The notes under the pieces were generated by a model. That model worked only from the letters and a program-made list of their open reading frames with translations. It did no database searches and was not told the origin of the DNA. A stretch of DNA of 64,000 bases from Microgenomates group bacterium GW2011_GWF2_46_18 (lineage in GTDB: Bacteria; Patescibacteriota; Microgenomatia; UBA1400; UBA12108): NCBI GenBank assembly GCA_001002415.1, contig LCMB01000001.1, forward strand, positions 33,999 through 97,998. Reading direction: 5' to 3'. Positions within the stretch are counted from its first letter, which is position 1, and each line of letters begins with the position of its first letter. A program made the translations under genes and the position numbers. This document shows positions 50,947-60,492 of the stretch, piece after piece.

Positions 50947-52410
50947 TTAATCTTCGGTATTTATTTTCTTATAGGATATTATAAGGTCTTTTTCTTTGAT
51001 GTCAAGATTGGGGGAAAAAAGCAGACCACATTCATGACCGGTCTCGACTTTTTTGACCTCTTCTCTGCCTAGCCGAATACTGCGAATTTTGGCATCTTTG
51101 CTCACTTCACTGCGGACAAGGTGGATGGTGTCGCCAGTTTCAAAACGACCAGAGTCGACGCGGGTTCCGGCAATATGACTTCCATCAATATCAAAAGTTT
51201 TGAGGACGACTCCCCTACCCAATTCTTCTTCATCGATAGTTGGTTCCATGAGTTTAAAGACTTTCTTTTCCAAATAATCGAGAAGTTCGTAGATGATCGT
51301 AAAGCTTTTGACAGCAACCCCTTCGGCTTCGGCAAGTTTTTGGACACTACTAGGGATCCGAACGGCAAAGCCCAAGACGAGAGCTTGAGTCGAGATGGCG
51401 TGAAGAATATCGCTTTCAGTTAAGTCTCCGGTTCCGACGGTAATGATGTTGATTTCGGGGGTAAAACTGGCTTCAATGGCTTCGAGAGACCCAAGGGTGT
51501 CAGCACGGAGGATGAGGTTGAGACGATTGGGAGCCACGCCGTCGCCAGAGGCTATGGCGGGCGAGGCAATGTCGTCACTAGGGGCCATGGCGGGTTCGGG
51601 GGGCAAAGCCACCGAGCGAATAATTTCACCGACAGCGGGAAGAATTTTGAAACCAAGGATCTGGACGGGCATGCCGGGAGTAGCGAAAGGAATAGACTTA
51701 CCCAAATCATTAAACAAAGCCCGCACCCGACCGCCAACTATATCTTGACCAACTTTGATAGTACCTTCGCGAACGATAATGGAGACAAGGGGACCGCGGG
51801 TTGAATCAAGTTTGGCTTCGATGACGGGGGCAACGAGAGGAACGTCTGGGGAAGAGACTAGTTCTTCGAGTTCTGCCAAAAGGAGAATGGTTTCGAGGAG
51901 AGAATCTACCCCCAGGCCGGTTTTGCCCGAAATGAGCACAAAAGGAGTGTTCCCTCCATAACCTTCGACAAAAACTTGGTGCTCGGTCAATTGGGCTTTG
52001 ACACTATCGGGATTACTCCCCTCTTTGTCGACTTTATTAATGGCCACAACAAAAGGAATGGCGGCTTTTTGAATATGTTTGATGCTCTCGATAGTTTGGG
52101 GCATGACACCATCGCCGGCATCGACAACGAGGACAGCAATATCAGCAACTCCAGCACCGCGAGAACGCATGCGGTTAAAGGCAGCATGACCAGGAGTATC
52201 AATAAAGGTTAGGGGGTGACCACGAAAGTCAACTTGATAAGCACCGATCTTCTGGGTGATTCCTCCGGCCTCGCGGGCGGCAACGTGGGTGCTGCGAATA
52301 TAGTCAAGGAGGGTGGTTTTGCCGTGATCAACGTGCCCTAGAATTGCCACAATTGGCGGACGAGACGGTACAGAAGATTTTTGAGGTAGAGGTGTTTTTT
52401 GTTTCTTCAT
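50947..52410 (-). CDS. infB: Translation initiation factor IF-2, minimal form
   Basis: [40 protein letters not shown]. Confidence 0.97.
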   Translation of the reverse strand: MKKQKTPLPQKSSVPSRPPIVAILGHVDHGKTTLLDYIRSTHVAAREAGGITQKIGAYQVDFRGHPLTFIDTPGHAAFNRMRSRGAGVADIAVLVVDAGDGVMPQTIESIKHIQKAAIPFVVAINKVDKEGSNPDSVKAQLTEHQVFVEGYGGNTPFVLISGKTGLGVDSLLETILLLAELEELVSSPDVPLVAPVIEAKLDSTRGPLVSIIVREGTIKVGQDIVGGRVRALFNDLGKSIPFATPGMPVQILGFKILPAVGEIIRSVALPPEPAMAPSDDIASPAIASGDGVAPNRLNLILRADTLGSLEAIEASFTPEINIITVGTGDLTESDILHAISTQALVLGFAVRIPSSVQKLAEAEGVAVKSFTIIYELLDYLEKKVFKLMEPTIDEEELGRGVVLKTFDIDGSHIAGTRVDSGRFETGDTIHLVRSEVSKDAKIRSIRLGREEVKKVETGHECGLLFSPNLDIKEKDLIISYKKINTED

Positions 52411-52428
52411 ACGACATAGTTGCCCAGC

Positions 52429-53664
52429 TTATTTGGACTCAGCGGCACGGTCGGCGAGATAGTGAGCCATTTTTTCGGCTTCTTCGCGAGCCATGTTTTG
52501 TTTTTTGTACCAACGGGTAATTGCTTTGCCGGTCTCTTCGAAGGCACGGGGATCAAGCTCGGTTAGTTGATCTTTGAGCGAAGGCAATTTTTCTTCGAGG
52601 GCTTTGATCGTGGTAATCTTGAGGTCAAGCAAGGTATTTCTAACTTTGCTACCCAAGCCCAGTTGATCGATCTCAAAATCTTCGGTACCCGTAACGGTCA
52701 CAGTGTCTTTGATGGTTTCACCCTTGATATCAATCTTGTAGCCGGTCAACTTGGCAGCCAGACGGGCGTTTTGACCGCCGCGGCCAATAGCCAAACTAAG
52801 CTGGTCGTCTGGGACGGTGACCGTAACTTTGCGTTTTTTGTCATCGATTTTGACGTCAAGCCCCTCGGCGGGAGCAAGCGCGGATTTGACAAATTCGGCC
52901 AAATTATCAGAATATTCGACAATGTCGATTTTTTCACCATTTAACTCGTTGATGACCGCTTGAACACGGACACCTTTTTGGCCCACACAAGAGCCGACGG
53001 GGTCAACCCCATCTTCGTTGCTCTTGACGGCAATTTTGGTGCGATGACCACTTTCGCGGGCGATGGCGACAATCTCGACAGATTTACTACCGACTTCGGG
53101 AACTTCACGAGCAAATAATTCTTGAACTAATTCGGGGGCGGACCGGCTAACAATGATAGCTTGTCCTTTGTAGGTGTCACGGATTTCTTTGATGTAGACA
53201 GCGACGCGTTGATTGAGACGGTAAAATTCGTTGGTAATGGTTTCGGTTAGGGGCATGATAGCTTGGCCACGACCAATATCTACGACCACGTTGGGGCCAT
53301 CGAAGCGAAGGATCATCCCGGTGACCAAAGTGCCGATTTTATCCTGATATTCGGTAATAATGGCGTCCTTTTCGGCTTCGCGAACACGTTGCATGATGAC
53401 TTGTTTGGCGACTTGAGCGGCGATCCGACCAAAGCCGGCGGGGGTGGCATCTTGGCCATCTTTTTCAACCGCAATAGCTCCGGTATCTTCGTTGACGCTC
53501 ACAGCGTAACCAACGAGAACCTCTTCTTCGGCAACGCCGAGATCTCGTTTGAGGGCGGCGAGAATAGCCTGTTTGATAGACTCAATAACAACTTTGGGGT
53601 CGATGCCACGTTCAGCACAGATTTGGTTAAGGGCGAGGGCAAATTCTGATTTTACTTGACTCAT
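52429..53664 (-). CDS. nusA: Transcription factor NusA
   Basis: FGRIAAQ.AKQ, S1 and KH domains (G.CVG.KG, AIGRGGQNARLA); GGAGG SD before ATG 53664. Confidence 0.98.
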   Translation of the reverse strand: MSQVKSEFALALNQICAERGIDPKVVIESIKQAILAALKRDLGVAEEEVLVGYAVSVNEDTGAIAVEKDGQDATPAGFGRIAAQVAKQVIMQRVREAEKDAIITEYQDKIGTLVTGMILRFDGPNVVVDIGRGQAIMPLTETITNEFYRLNQRVAVYIKEIRDTYKGQAIIVSRSAPELVQELFAREVPEVGSKSVEIVAIARESGHRTKIAVKSNEDGVDPVGSCVGQKGVRVQAVINELNGEKIDIVEYSDNLAEFVKSALAPAEGLDVKIDDKKRKVTVTVPDDQLSLAIGRGGQNARLAAKLTGYKIDIKGETIKDTVTVTGTEDFEIDQLGLGSKVRNTLLDLKITTIKALEEKLPSLKDQLTELDPRAFEETGKAITRWYKKQNMAREEAEKMAHYLADRAAESK

Positions 53665-53712
53665 AGTTCCTCCATTTGGGTTAGGGTTATGACTAATTTT
53701 GGTTGTTTGTGC

Positions 53713-53737
53713 AAAAAAAGGTGGGAACCCCACCTTT
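53713..53737 (-). terminator. Intrinsic terminator/attenuator in the nusA leader
   Basis: AAAGGTGGG-GTT-CCCACCTTT-TTTT, downstream of a TGtTATAAT promoter near 53764-53772. Confidence 0.7.
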
Positions 53738-53772
53738 CACGTATGCACACTACAACAGGTGTGATTATAACA

Positions 53773-53803
53773 CCCGCCTACGCATAAAGCTACGGCGGGC
53801 AAG
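53773..53803. repeat. REP-like imperfect palindrome
   Basis: CCCGCC-TAC-GC-ATAAA-GC-TAC-GGCGGG-CAAG; the minus strand carries GTAG twice. Confidence 0.6.
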
Positions 53804-53805
53804 CA

Positions 53806-54045
53806 CTACTCTAGATTGGAGAAGTCTTCGTCTAAGATTACGGTGTTATTGAGATCGGTTTCGAGACTGGTGGCATCACTACTGGAACTAACCGGCTCGG
53901 TGGACTCGAGGGCGGAGTCAGGAGTCGGGGTAGTTGTGGCAATGGGTGAGCCGGTAGTTGATTCTCCCCCGGAGGGAATTAGGTTAGATAGGGAGCAACC
54001 ACCCAATAAAAGAGCACAAAAGCCGACTAGAATTAGTTTATTCAT
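53806..54045 (-). CDS. Small putative lipoprotein
   Basis: MNK, hydrophobic core, LLGGC lipobox; S/T/D/E-rich tail. Confidence 0.65.
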   Translation of the reverse strand: MNKLILVGFCALLLGGCSLSNLIPSGGESTTGSPIATTTPTPDSALESTEPVSSSSDATSLETDLNNTVILDEDFSNLE

Positions 54046-54623
54046 AGGGAGTTCTCCACTCCAGCGCTACTGGCAGGTAGGGCCGGTTTACTAATGGTTT
54101 TAAGTTCCTTGAGGGCATCCTTGAGTAGTTGGTGAGCTTCCTGGAAAAGCTGCTTGGCAGAGAGCGCAAGATCTTTGGCAGCTAAAAGTTCGGTCTTTTG
54201 CTCGGCAAATTTGGCGGGATCGATAGCCTGAAAAGCGGCAATAGCGTCGTTCCCCTTGGCCTTGGCAGCGGTTAATTTGGCTTCGGCAAGATCTAGTTTG
54301 GCTTCAATACTCGTCACGGTTTTTCCGGCAGTGCGCAAAATTTCGAGGCGAGCGCGGAAGCGAATAATGATGTTAGTCAAGCGATCAAAGTAAAACTGAA
54401 AGCGACGAGTTAAACGGTTGGCGTGATTTTCGGCCACCTGGGATCTGATTTGTTGCCGTTCAGCTTGGATTTCTTGAATTTCAGCTTGACGAACTTCCCT
54501 AATTTCATCACGGCGTCTCAGGGGAGAGGCTTCGATCGAAGCGTCTTGGGCGAGAGCGGGGAGGGCAATACTGAAGAAAATGAAGGAGAGTACAAAGAGC
54601 CAAGTAGTTTTTTTGAACGACAT
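54042..54623 (-). CDS. Secreted coiled-coil protein
   Basis: Signal peptide ending ALA-Q, AGGAGG SD, helical heptads. Confidence 0.75.
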   Translation of the reverse strand: MSFKKTTWLFVLSFIFFSIALPALAQDASIEASPLRRRDEIREVRQAEIQEIQAERQQIRSQVAENHANRLTRRFQFYFDRLTNIIIRFRARLEILRTAGKTVTSIEAKLDLAEAKLTAAKAKGNDAIAAFQAIDPAKFAEQKTELLAAKDLALSAKQLFQEAHQLLKDALKELKTISKPALPASSAGVENSL

Positions 54624-54674
54624 AAACAACCTCCTTTTTTCTATAAGTTGGTTATAACAGAATCAAGAGGGATG

Positions 54675-55682
54675 TCAATCTGGCAGAGTAATAGTAAAAG
54701 TGCGAGTTTGTTCGGTTTTATTCCCTCTGGCATCGGTAATTTTGACGCTATAGGTGTGGGTGGTGTTGTGCTCATTGGCAAAACAGTACCTAGTACCAGT
54801 AAAAGCAGTCCAGTCGGCCGAGTCGACTTTTTGTTCGATTTTGAGAGCGGAGACCAAAGTCACATTGTCAGAAATATATTGGGGGAAGAGACAAACTCCG
54901 GTAGTACCCTCGTAAACAGGACCCATCAAAGTAAAGTTGGGAGGGATATTGTCCGCTAGGTTGGTCCAGTCTACCCGAGCCAAGTCGTTGGCATAATTTC
55001 CCTCTTTTAATGAACGGGTGGGATTAAGGACAAGTTTGGCAGTGTGAGCACCGAGTGCGGTCGTGACATCGTGGCACCAGTCATAAATTCTGCCAGCTTC
55101 CATAATGCCAATACTAGAAAAATTATCTTGGACTTCGGTTACATTGTCGAGAGAAAAGGTGTAATTGATCAGCGCGCCGTCTAGTTTTTCGTTGGCAATA
55201 AGATGATAACAGACGGTAACACGAGGAGACCAGCTAGAGGGAAGTTCATCAAATTGACCAGTTTGAATACTACTGTATTCTCGGTTAATTACCCGCCCAG
55301 TGCCGGAGCCATCATCAAAGGTCTGTTTGATGTTGGCACTCGGGTTGCCAAAGCGAAGATCAAGATTTATGGGGGTAAAACTGGGAATGGTCGGAAGAGG
55401 AGATGGTTTGGAGGTGGGTTTAAGGGATGGTTTGAGAGAGGGCTTGGGAGAAGATTTGGGAGAAGCCGAAGGGGTTGCACTCACTGAGGGGGTGGGAGAG
55501 ACGATGGGGGAAGGAGAGGGAGAAGAATTAATTTCTGATTTTAATTTGGTGAGATAGTAAAAACCGCCAAGCCCGCCGGCTAACAGAAAAACGAAGAGAC
55601 TACCTAATAAGAGTGGCCAAAGGGGAAAACTCCGCCTGGGAGGAGTAACGGGGAGGATGGGGGTAGTTTCTAGTTCGGACAT
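54675..55682 (-). CDS. Single-TM surface protein with S/P/K linker and beta-sandwich (CARDB/Ig-like) domains
   Basis: TM near residues 20-42, SPSP/KPSL repeats, E.NY.ND and V..TD..GN motifs. Confidence 0.7.
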   Translation of the reverse strand: MSELETTPILPVTPPRRSFPLWPLLLGSLFVFLLAGGLGGFYYLTKLKSEINSSPSPSPIVSPTPSVSATPSASPKSSPKPSLKPSLKPTSKPSPLPTIPSFTPINLDLRFGNPSANIKQTFDDGSGTGRVINREYSSIQTGQFDELPSSWSPRVTVCYHLIANEKLDGALINYTFSLDNVTEVQDNFSSIGIMEAGRIYDWCHDVTTALGAHTAKLVLNPTRSLKEGNYANDLARVDWTNLADNIPPNFTLMGPVYEGTTGVCLFPQYISDNVTLVSALKIEQKVDSADWTAFTGTRYCFANEHNTTHTYSVKITDARGNKTEQTRTFTITLPD

Positions 55683-55690
55683 GACAAGAT

Positions 55691-56569
55691 TTAGTATAGT
55701 TCAGCATGGAGCTGTTGTACAAGCTCTTTGCCACGACGAGATAGTTTGGTGGGGAACATCACCTTAAATTTGATGTAAAGATCACCGCGGCCGCTTCTTT
55801 GCAAGTGTTTGACACCTTTGCCGGAAAGCCGGATGCTAGTGCTGGGCTGAGTAAGCGGACGAACTTTGATAGTTAATTTGCCTTCGAGAGTGGGGATCTC
55901 GGTTTCTCCTCCTTGGATAGCCAGGGTGAACGGAATAGCGTGGAGAAGAAACAGATCATCTCCTTCTCGGCGGAAGGTAGAGTCGGGACGGACATTAAGG
56001 GAAATATCAAACTCGGAATAGCGAATCCTGGTTCCATCACTGGCCCCGGCGGGGATTTTGACAGTGTATTGTTTACCCTGGTGGACAAAGGTTTTTTCCG
56101 CACCGCGGACTGCTTCAAGAAAATCGATGGTTAAACTGTAGTGGGGTTTGGGACGGTAACTTCCGCCAAAAGGATTACTCCCACCAAAGAAAGATTCAAA
56201 AATATTAAAGGGGTCAGAGAAGCCTTGGCCTTGGGTACCACCAAAAAGATCTTCAAAGCCACCACCTGTGGAATAGGTGTAGGTAAAGGGACCAGAACGA
56301 TAACTTTGTCCCCCACCCCCATAGTTACCAAAACCAGAAGAGGGATCGAAAGCGGCATGACCAAATTGATCGAATTTGGCACGTTTATCGGCTGAGCTTA
56401 AAACTTCGTAGGCTTCGTTAATTTCTTTGAATTTGGCTTCGGCACCGGGCTCTTTGTTGCGGTCTGGGTGCCATTTGAGGGCAAGTTTCCGATAGGCACT
56501 TTTGAGTTCAGCGTCGGAGGCCTTCCGGCTGACTCCCAAAACTTCATAATAATCGCGTTTAGAGCTCAT
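55691..56569 (-). CDS. dnaJ: DnaJ-family chaperone lacking the Zn finger (class B)
   Basis: J domain with HPD, G/F region, C-terminal GDLY; no CxxCxGxG. Confidence 0.9.
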   Translation of the reverse strand: MSSKRDYYEVLGVSRKASDAELKSAYRKLALKWHPDRNKEPGAEAKFKEINEAYEVLSSADKRAKFDQFGHAAFDPSSGFGNYGGGGQSYRSGPFTYTYSTGGGFEDLFGGTQGQGFSDPFNIFESFFGGSNPFGGSYRPKPHYSLTIDFLEAVRGAEKTFVHQGKQYTVKIPAGASDGTRIRYSEFDISLNVRPDSTFRREGDDLFLLHAIPFTLAIQGGETEIPTLEGKLTIKVRPLTQPSTSIRLSGKGVKHLQRSGRGDLYIKFKVMFPTKLSRRGKELVQQLHAELY

Positions 56570-56570
56570 G

Positions 56571-56597
56571 GTAGCAATTTTAACACGAGAGTGCTAA
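56571..56597 (-). promoter_or_regulatory. CIRCE operator (HrcA site) of dnaJ
   Basis: Minus strand TTAGCACTC-N9-AATTGCTAC, 1 nt before the ATG. Confidence 0.85.
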
Positions 56598-57676
56598 GAA
56601 CCGGAAGCGGAGCGTTCTTCTTGAGTTTTGAACCAGTCGCGCATGGTATTGACCATTAGTCGTTTGAGAATTTCGGGGAAATCGATCTCATAGAGCGAGA
56701 GAATATTGGCGAGAGCAACGTCTAGTTCTTTGGGACCAAAGGCGGGGTTACTATTACTATCGATGAAGTAATAACGACCAGATTGGTCGACGCGAATATC
56801 AAATTTTCCGTAACCACCCATTTTGAGAATATCAAAGGCACGGCGGACTAATTCGTTGAGGGTAGGATCACTGATTTTTTTGTAAGTATAGGTTTCGCCA
56901 CCTTCAACCCATTGTGCATCGAAAGTGACAAATTGCATGGGGTCAGTAGCGTCCGGAAAGACTTTTTCGGCAAGATAGACTTTGGTATTGCCACCCTCTA
57001 GAACAATGGCGGTATATTCGCGGCCGGCAATAAATTCTTCGGCGATAATTGGTTGTTGATAGGTTTTGATCAAAAATTTAATACGGTCACGAAGGTGTTT
57101 TTCGTCAGGAGAGATGGCATCTTGAGTGACTTCGACAGCTCCATGAATTTCGTTAAGTTTGGTAATTAGGGGGAAGCGGAGCTCGGGATTAAGAGGAGTT
57201 GTTGCTGAGGTTAAAAGTTGAGTACGGGGGACAGGAATGCCATGACTAACTAGGAGTTCTTTGACCAAATACTTGTTGTAAGCTAAGGCTTCCCCCAACA
57301 TCCCGGCGCCAGTATAGGGGATATCCATCGCTTCGAGAATCCCGGGGATGGTGGCTGACAAGTATTCTTGACCACTAATAGAGCCAACTAGATTAAAGAT
57401 CATGTCGGGTTTGTCACGGAGAATACTTGACAAAGTTTCGGGACGGCCAGCGTAGAGTTTGGTTTTGATCCCCATTTTCACTAAATAGGTGGCAATGACT
57501 TCAGCTTCGTGAGTAGCATCTTTTTCGGTCAAGTATTGAGTTTCGGTCGGAAAGTATTCTCGTTTGACCTCACTATGGAGGATACCCACAAATTTGGGAA
57601 GGGGAAAACCATTGCCGTTAGTTTTGCTAGTACCTCCAGGTTCGTCGGGTTTTTTGGGGGGTTGATCAGTGGCCAT
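56594..57676 (-). CDS. Ddl-like ATP-grasp ligase with atypical active-site loops
   Basis: D..FNL, IPYTG, K...K, FPLI.K, EEFI.GRE, KFDIR, DSNSNP. Confidence 0.85.
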   Translation of the reverse strand: MATDQPPKKPDEPGGTSKTNGNGFPLPKFVGILHSEVKREYFPTETQYLTEKDATHEAEVIATYLVKMGIKTKLYAGRPETLSSILRDKPDMIFNLVGSISGQEYLSATIPGILEAMDIPYTGAGMLGEALAYNKYLVKELLVSHGIPVPRTQLLTSATTPLNPELRFPLITKLNEIHGAVEVTQDAISPDEKHLRDRIKFLIKTYQQPIIAEEFIAGREYTAIVLEGGNTKVYLAEKVFPDATDPMQFVTFDAQWVEGGETYTYKKISDPTLNELVRRAFDILKMGGYGKFDIRVDQSGRYYFIDSNSNPAFGPKELDVALANILSLYEIDFPEILKRLMVNTMRDWFKTQEERSASGS

Positions 57677-58142
57677 ATTGATTCAAGATAACGATCAGAC
57701 GACGAATAGTCAAGTCAGCCGAACTTTTAATATATTCGCCAGGGAAGTCAAACCAGATACGAAAAAATTTGCTGCGGCGCATGGCGCGCACATGGCCAAT
57801 TTCGGGGTCAAGGAGATAGATGTTTTCGGTATCAAGATCAACCACAACCGAGTAATGACCATCATCTTCGGAGAACCAGTCAACAATGACGGGAATTTGA
57901 TCGGTTTTGACTAAACGTTCGAGATCTTCGAAAGTTGAATTGTCTTGAAAGTAACCCTTAAAACCGAGGGACTCGGACGCTTCGATCATGCGAGAGGCAT
58001 CAACACCGACAGCGGGGTCAGCCCGCATTAACTCGGCAAGTTCGGCTTCGGTTTTCTCGACACCATAGTAGGAAAGAACCATCTTGATGGTGGCGGGGCC
58101 ACAGAGACCGGTTTTTTGACGAAAAGGTTTGACTTTGAGCAT
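57666..58142 (-). CDS. Papain-fold C39-like cysteine peptidase
   Basis: Q....CGP, GHYSVV, LLDP catalytic set; no signal peptide. Confidence 0.85.
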   Translation of the reverse strand: MLKVKPFRQKTGLCGPATIKMVLSYYGVEKTEAELAELMRADPAVGVDASRMIEASESLGFKGYFQDNSTFEDLERLVKTDQIPVIVDWFSEDDGHYSVVVDLDTENIYLLDPEIGHVRAMRRSKFFRIWFDFPGEYIKSSADLTIRRLIVILNQYGH

Positions 58143-58144
58143 AG

Positions 58145-60025
58145 TTATTTTTGCTCGTCAACGACTTCACCCTCTTCGGCCTTGGCCGCGTCTTCGGAGG
58201 CGGCAGTCGGCTCCTCGGCCTTGGATTCACCTTCTTTGGGAGCAGTCTCGGCAGCGGCTTTATACAGGCGTTCGCCGTATTTGGAAAGAGCTTCGGAAGC
58301 CTTTTTAAAAGCTTCGTCGATACTTTCGACAGTTGCATCCTCTTTGTCTTTGGCTTCCTTGAGGGCCTTGACAGAGTCTTCGATTGCGGTTTTCTCATCC
58401 GCCTGAAGTTTGTCCCCGGCTTCCTTGAGGGTTTTTTCGGTTTGGAAGATTAAAGAATCGGCTTCGTTCTTTTTTTCGATCAACTCTTTCTTCTTCTTGT
58501 CTTCTTCGGCGTGGAGTTCGGCCTCTTTTTTCATCTTCTCCACCTCTTCGTCACTCAAATTGGTGGCGTTTTGGATGGTGATTTTTTGTTCTTTGCCGGT
58601 ACCTTTGTCTTTGGCATTGACATGCAAAATACCTGAGGCGTCAATATCGAAGGTAACTTCGATTTGGGGAATTCCGCGCGGAGCGGGGGCAATCCCATCG
58701 AGGATGAAGCGGCCGAGCGATTTGTTGTCGGCGGCCATCGGACGCTCACCTTGCAAGATATTGATTTCAACCTGAGGTTGATTGTCGCTGGCGGTACTAA
58801 AGACCTGGCTCTTGCTGGTCGGGACGGTGGTGTTACGGTCGATTAAAGGAGTGCGAACAGCCCCCATGGTTTCGATACCGAGAGTCAGAGGAGTTACGTC
58901 GAGTAACAGCACGTCGTTGACTTCCCCACCCAAGATACCAGCTTGGATAGCGGCACCAACAGCAACGACTTCGTCGGGGTTTACTCCTTTGTGAGGCTCT
59001 TTGCCGAAGAAGTCTTTGACGGCTTTTTGGACGGCGGGCATTCTGGTCTGACCACCAACCAAAACAACTTCGTCGATATCACTGGTTTTGAGTGTTTTCT
59101 TGATCAAATCATCCACAAGCTCTTCTAGTTTGGAGCGGGTGATTGTCATGGTTAAGTGTTTGGGTTGACCATCACTTCCTTGGGTAATAAAGGGTTGATT
59201 GATCTCAGCGGAAGCCGAACTACTGAGTTCAATTTTGGCTTTTTCGGCGGCATCGCGGATCCGTTGGAGGGCTTGTTTGTCGCTTGCAAGATCGATCCCC
59301 TGATCTTTTTTGAACTCGGAAACGAGGTAGTCTACCAGGCGATGATTAAAATCATCACCTCCTAAAAAGGTATCACCGTTGGTGGCTTTGACTTCGAAAA
59401 CTCCGTCACCGATTTCCAAAACACTAATGTCAAAAGTGCCACCACCCAAATCATAGACAGCAATTTTCCCGACTTTCTTTTTGTCGAGACCGTAGGCTAA
59501 AGCAGCCGCAGTTGGCTCGTTGACGATGCGTTCAACTTTGAGGCCAGCAATTTCTCCGGCTTGTTTGGTAGCCTGGCGTTGGGAGTCGTCGAAGTAGGCA
59601 GGAACGGTGATGACGGCACTATCAACTTTGGTACCCAAATAAGCTTCGGCGTCAGCTTTGGCTTTTTGGAGGATTTTGGCGGAAATTTCTTGGGGAGTAT
59701 AGATTTTGCCATCGACTTTGACGGCAGCGGTGTCATTTTTGCCGCCAACGATTTCATAGGGCACTTTTTTGATCGTGTCTTTGACCATTGCGTCGTCCAA
59801 GTGGCGACCCATCAGGCGCTTGATACTATAGATAGTATTTTTGGAGTTTAAAACCATTTGATTTTTGGCCACTTGACCAACTAAACCTTTAACTGGTTCA
59901 ACAATGCTGGGGATGGTGTTTCCGCCTTCGGCGGAAGGAATAACTTTGGGTTTGCCGCCTTCCATAACAGCCACACAACTGTTGGTAGTACCTAGGTCGA
60001 TTCCGATAGTTTTAGTGTTGGACAT
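58145..60025 (-). CDS. dnaK: Chaperone DnaK
   Basis: [33 protein letters not shown]. Confidence 0.99.
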   Translation of the reverse strand: MSNTKTIGIDLGTTNSCVAVMEGGKPKVIPSAEGGNTIPSIVEPVKGLVGQVAKNQMVLNSKNTIYSIKRLMGRHLDDAMVKDTIKKVPYEIVGGKNDTAAVKVDGKIYTPQEISAKILQKAKADAEAYLGTKVDSAVITVPAYFDDSQRQATKQAGEIAGLKVERIVNEPTAAALAYGLDKKKVGKIAVYDLGGGTFDISVLEIGDGVFEVKATNGDTFLGGDDFNHRLVDYLVSEFKKDQGIDLASDKQALQRIRDAAEKAKIELSSSASAEINQPFITQGSDGQPKHLTMTITRSKLEELVDDLIKKTLKTSDIDEVVLVGGQTRMPAVQKAVKDFFGKEPHKGVNPDEVVAVGAAIQAGILGGEVNDVLLLDVTPLTLGIETMGAVRTPLIDRNTTVPTSKSQVFSTASDNQPQVEINILQGERPMAADNKSLGRFILDGIAPAPRGIPQIEVTFDIDASGILHVNAKDKGTGKEQKITIQNATNLSDEEVEKMKKEAELHAEEDKKKKELIEKKNEADSLIFQTEKTLKEAGDKLQADEKTAIEDSVKALKEAKDKEDATVESIDEAFKKASEALSKYGERLYKAAAETAPKEGESKAEEPTAASEDAAKAEEGEVVDEQK

Positions 60026-60046
60026 AAAATCCTCCTGTAAAAATAT

Positions 60047-60490
60047 TTAATTTGACGAATTAATTTGGCCGTTGCCCACGACCACACGAGCGGGGCGAAG
60101 GACACGACCATTTAGTATATAACCTGGACGAATAACAGAGAGAACCTGATCTTTAACTCCAGGAGCGGTTTCGTGACATTCCATGAGGTTGGGATCGAAA
60201 ACTCCATCCGTTTTGACAACGGTAACCCCTTCTTCGGTCAAGATTTTGTCGAAAGCGGAGAGAATAAGCTCTAGAGATTGGTCCCCGCGTGCGGCGGCTA
60301 AACCCAAATGATCACGGACTTCGAGGAGTTTGGCCAAGAGATTGGCGTTGGCAAATTGGACAATACTGGCGCTATCACGAGCGAAACGTTTCTCAAGATT
60401 GGCATAATCGGCAAGCGCCCGGGCTAGGGAAGATTCTAGATCTTTAACTGATTTGGACGAAGAATGAGTTTTGACGGGTTTAGTTTTCAT
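60047..60490 (-). CDS. grpE: Nucleotide exchange factor GrpE (short)
   Basis: RALADY.N..KR, FDP, GY.L..RVLRPARV.V. Confidence 0.95.
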   Translation of the reverse strand: MKTKPVKTHSSSKSVKDLESSLARALADYANLEKRFARDSASIVQFANANLLAKLLEVRDHLGLAAARGDQSLELILSAFDKILTEEGVTVVKTDGVFDPNLMECHETAPGVKDQVLSVIRPGYILNGRVLRPARVVVGNGQINSSN

Positions 60491-60492
60491 AG

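Noticed and set aside
56594..58142. Graspetide/RiPP cluster
   Set aside because: The ligase is Ddl-like rather than RimK/MvdD-like, and no precursor or transporter is adjacent
59700..59820. DnaK N-terminal insert usually associated with diderms, and the S12 insert near 24150-24210
   Set aside because: Known phylogenetic indels, not novel
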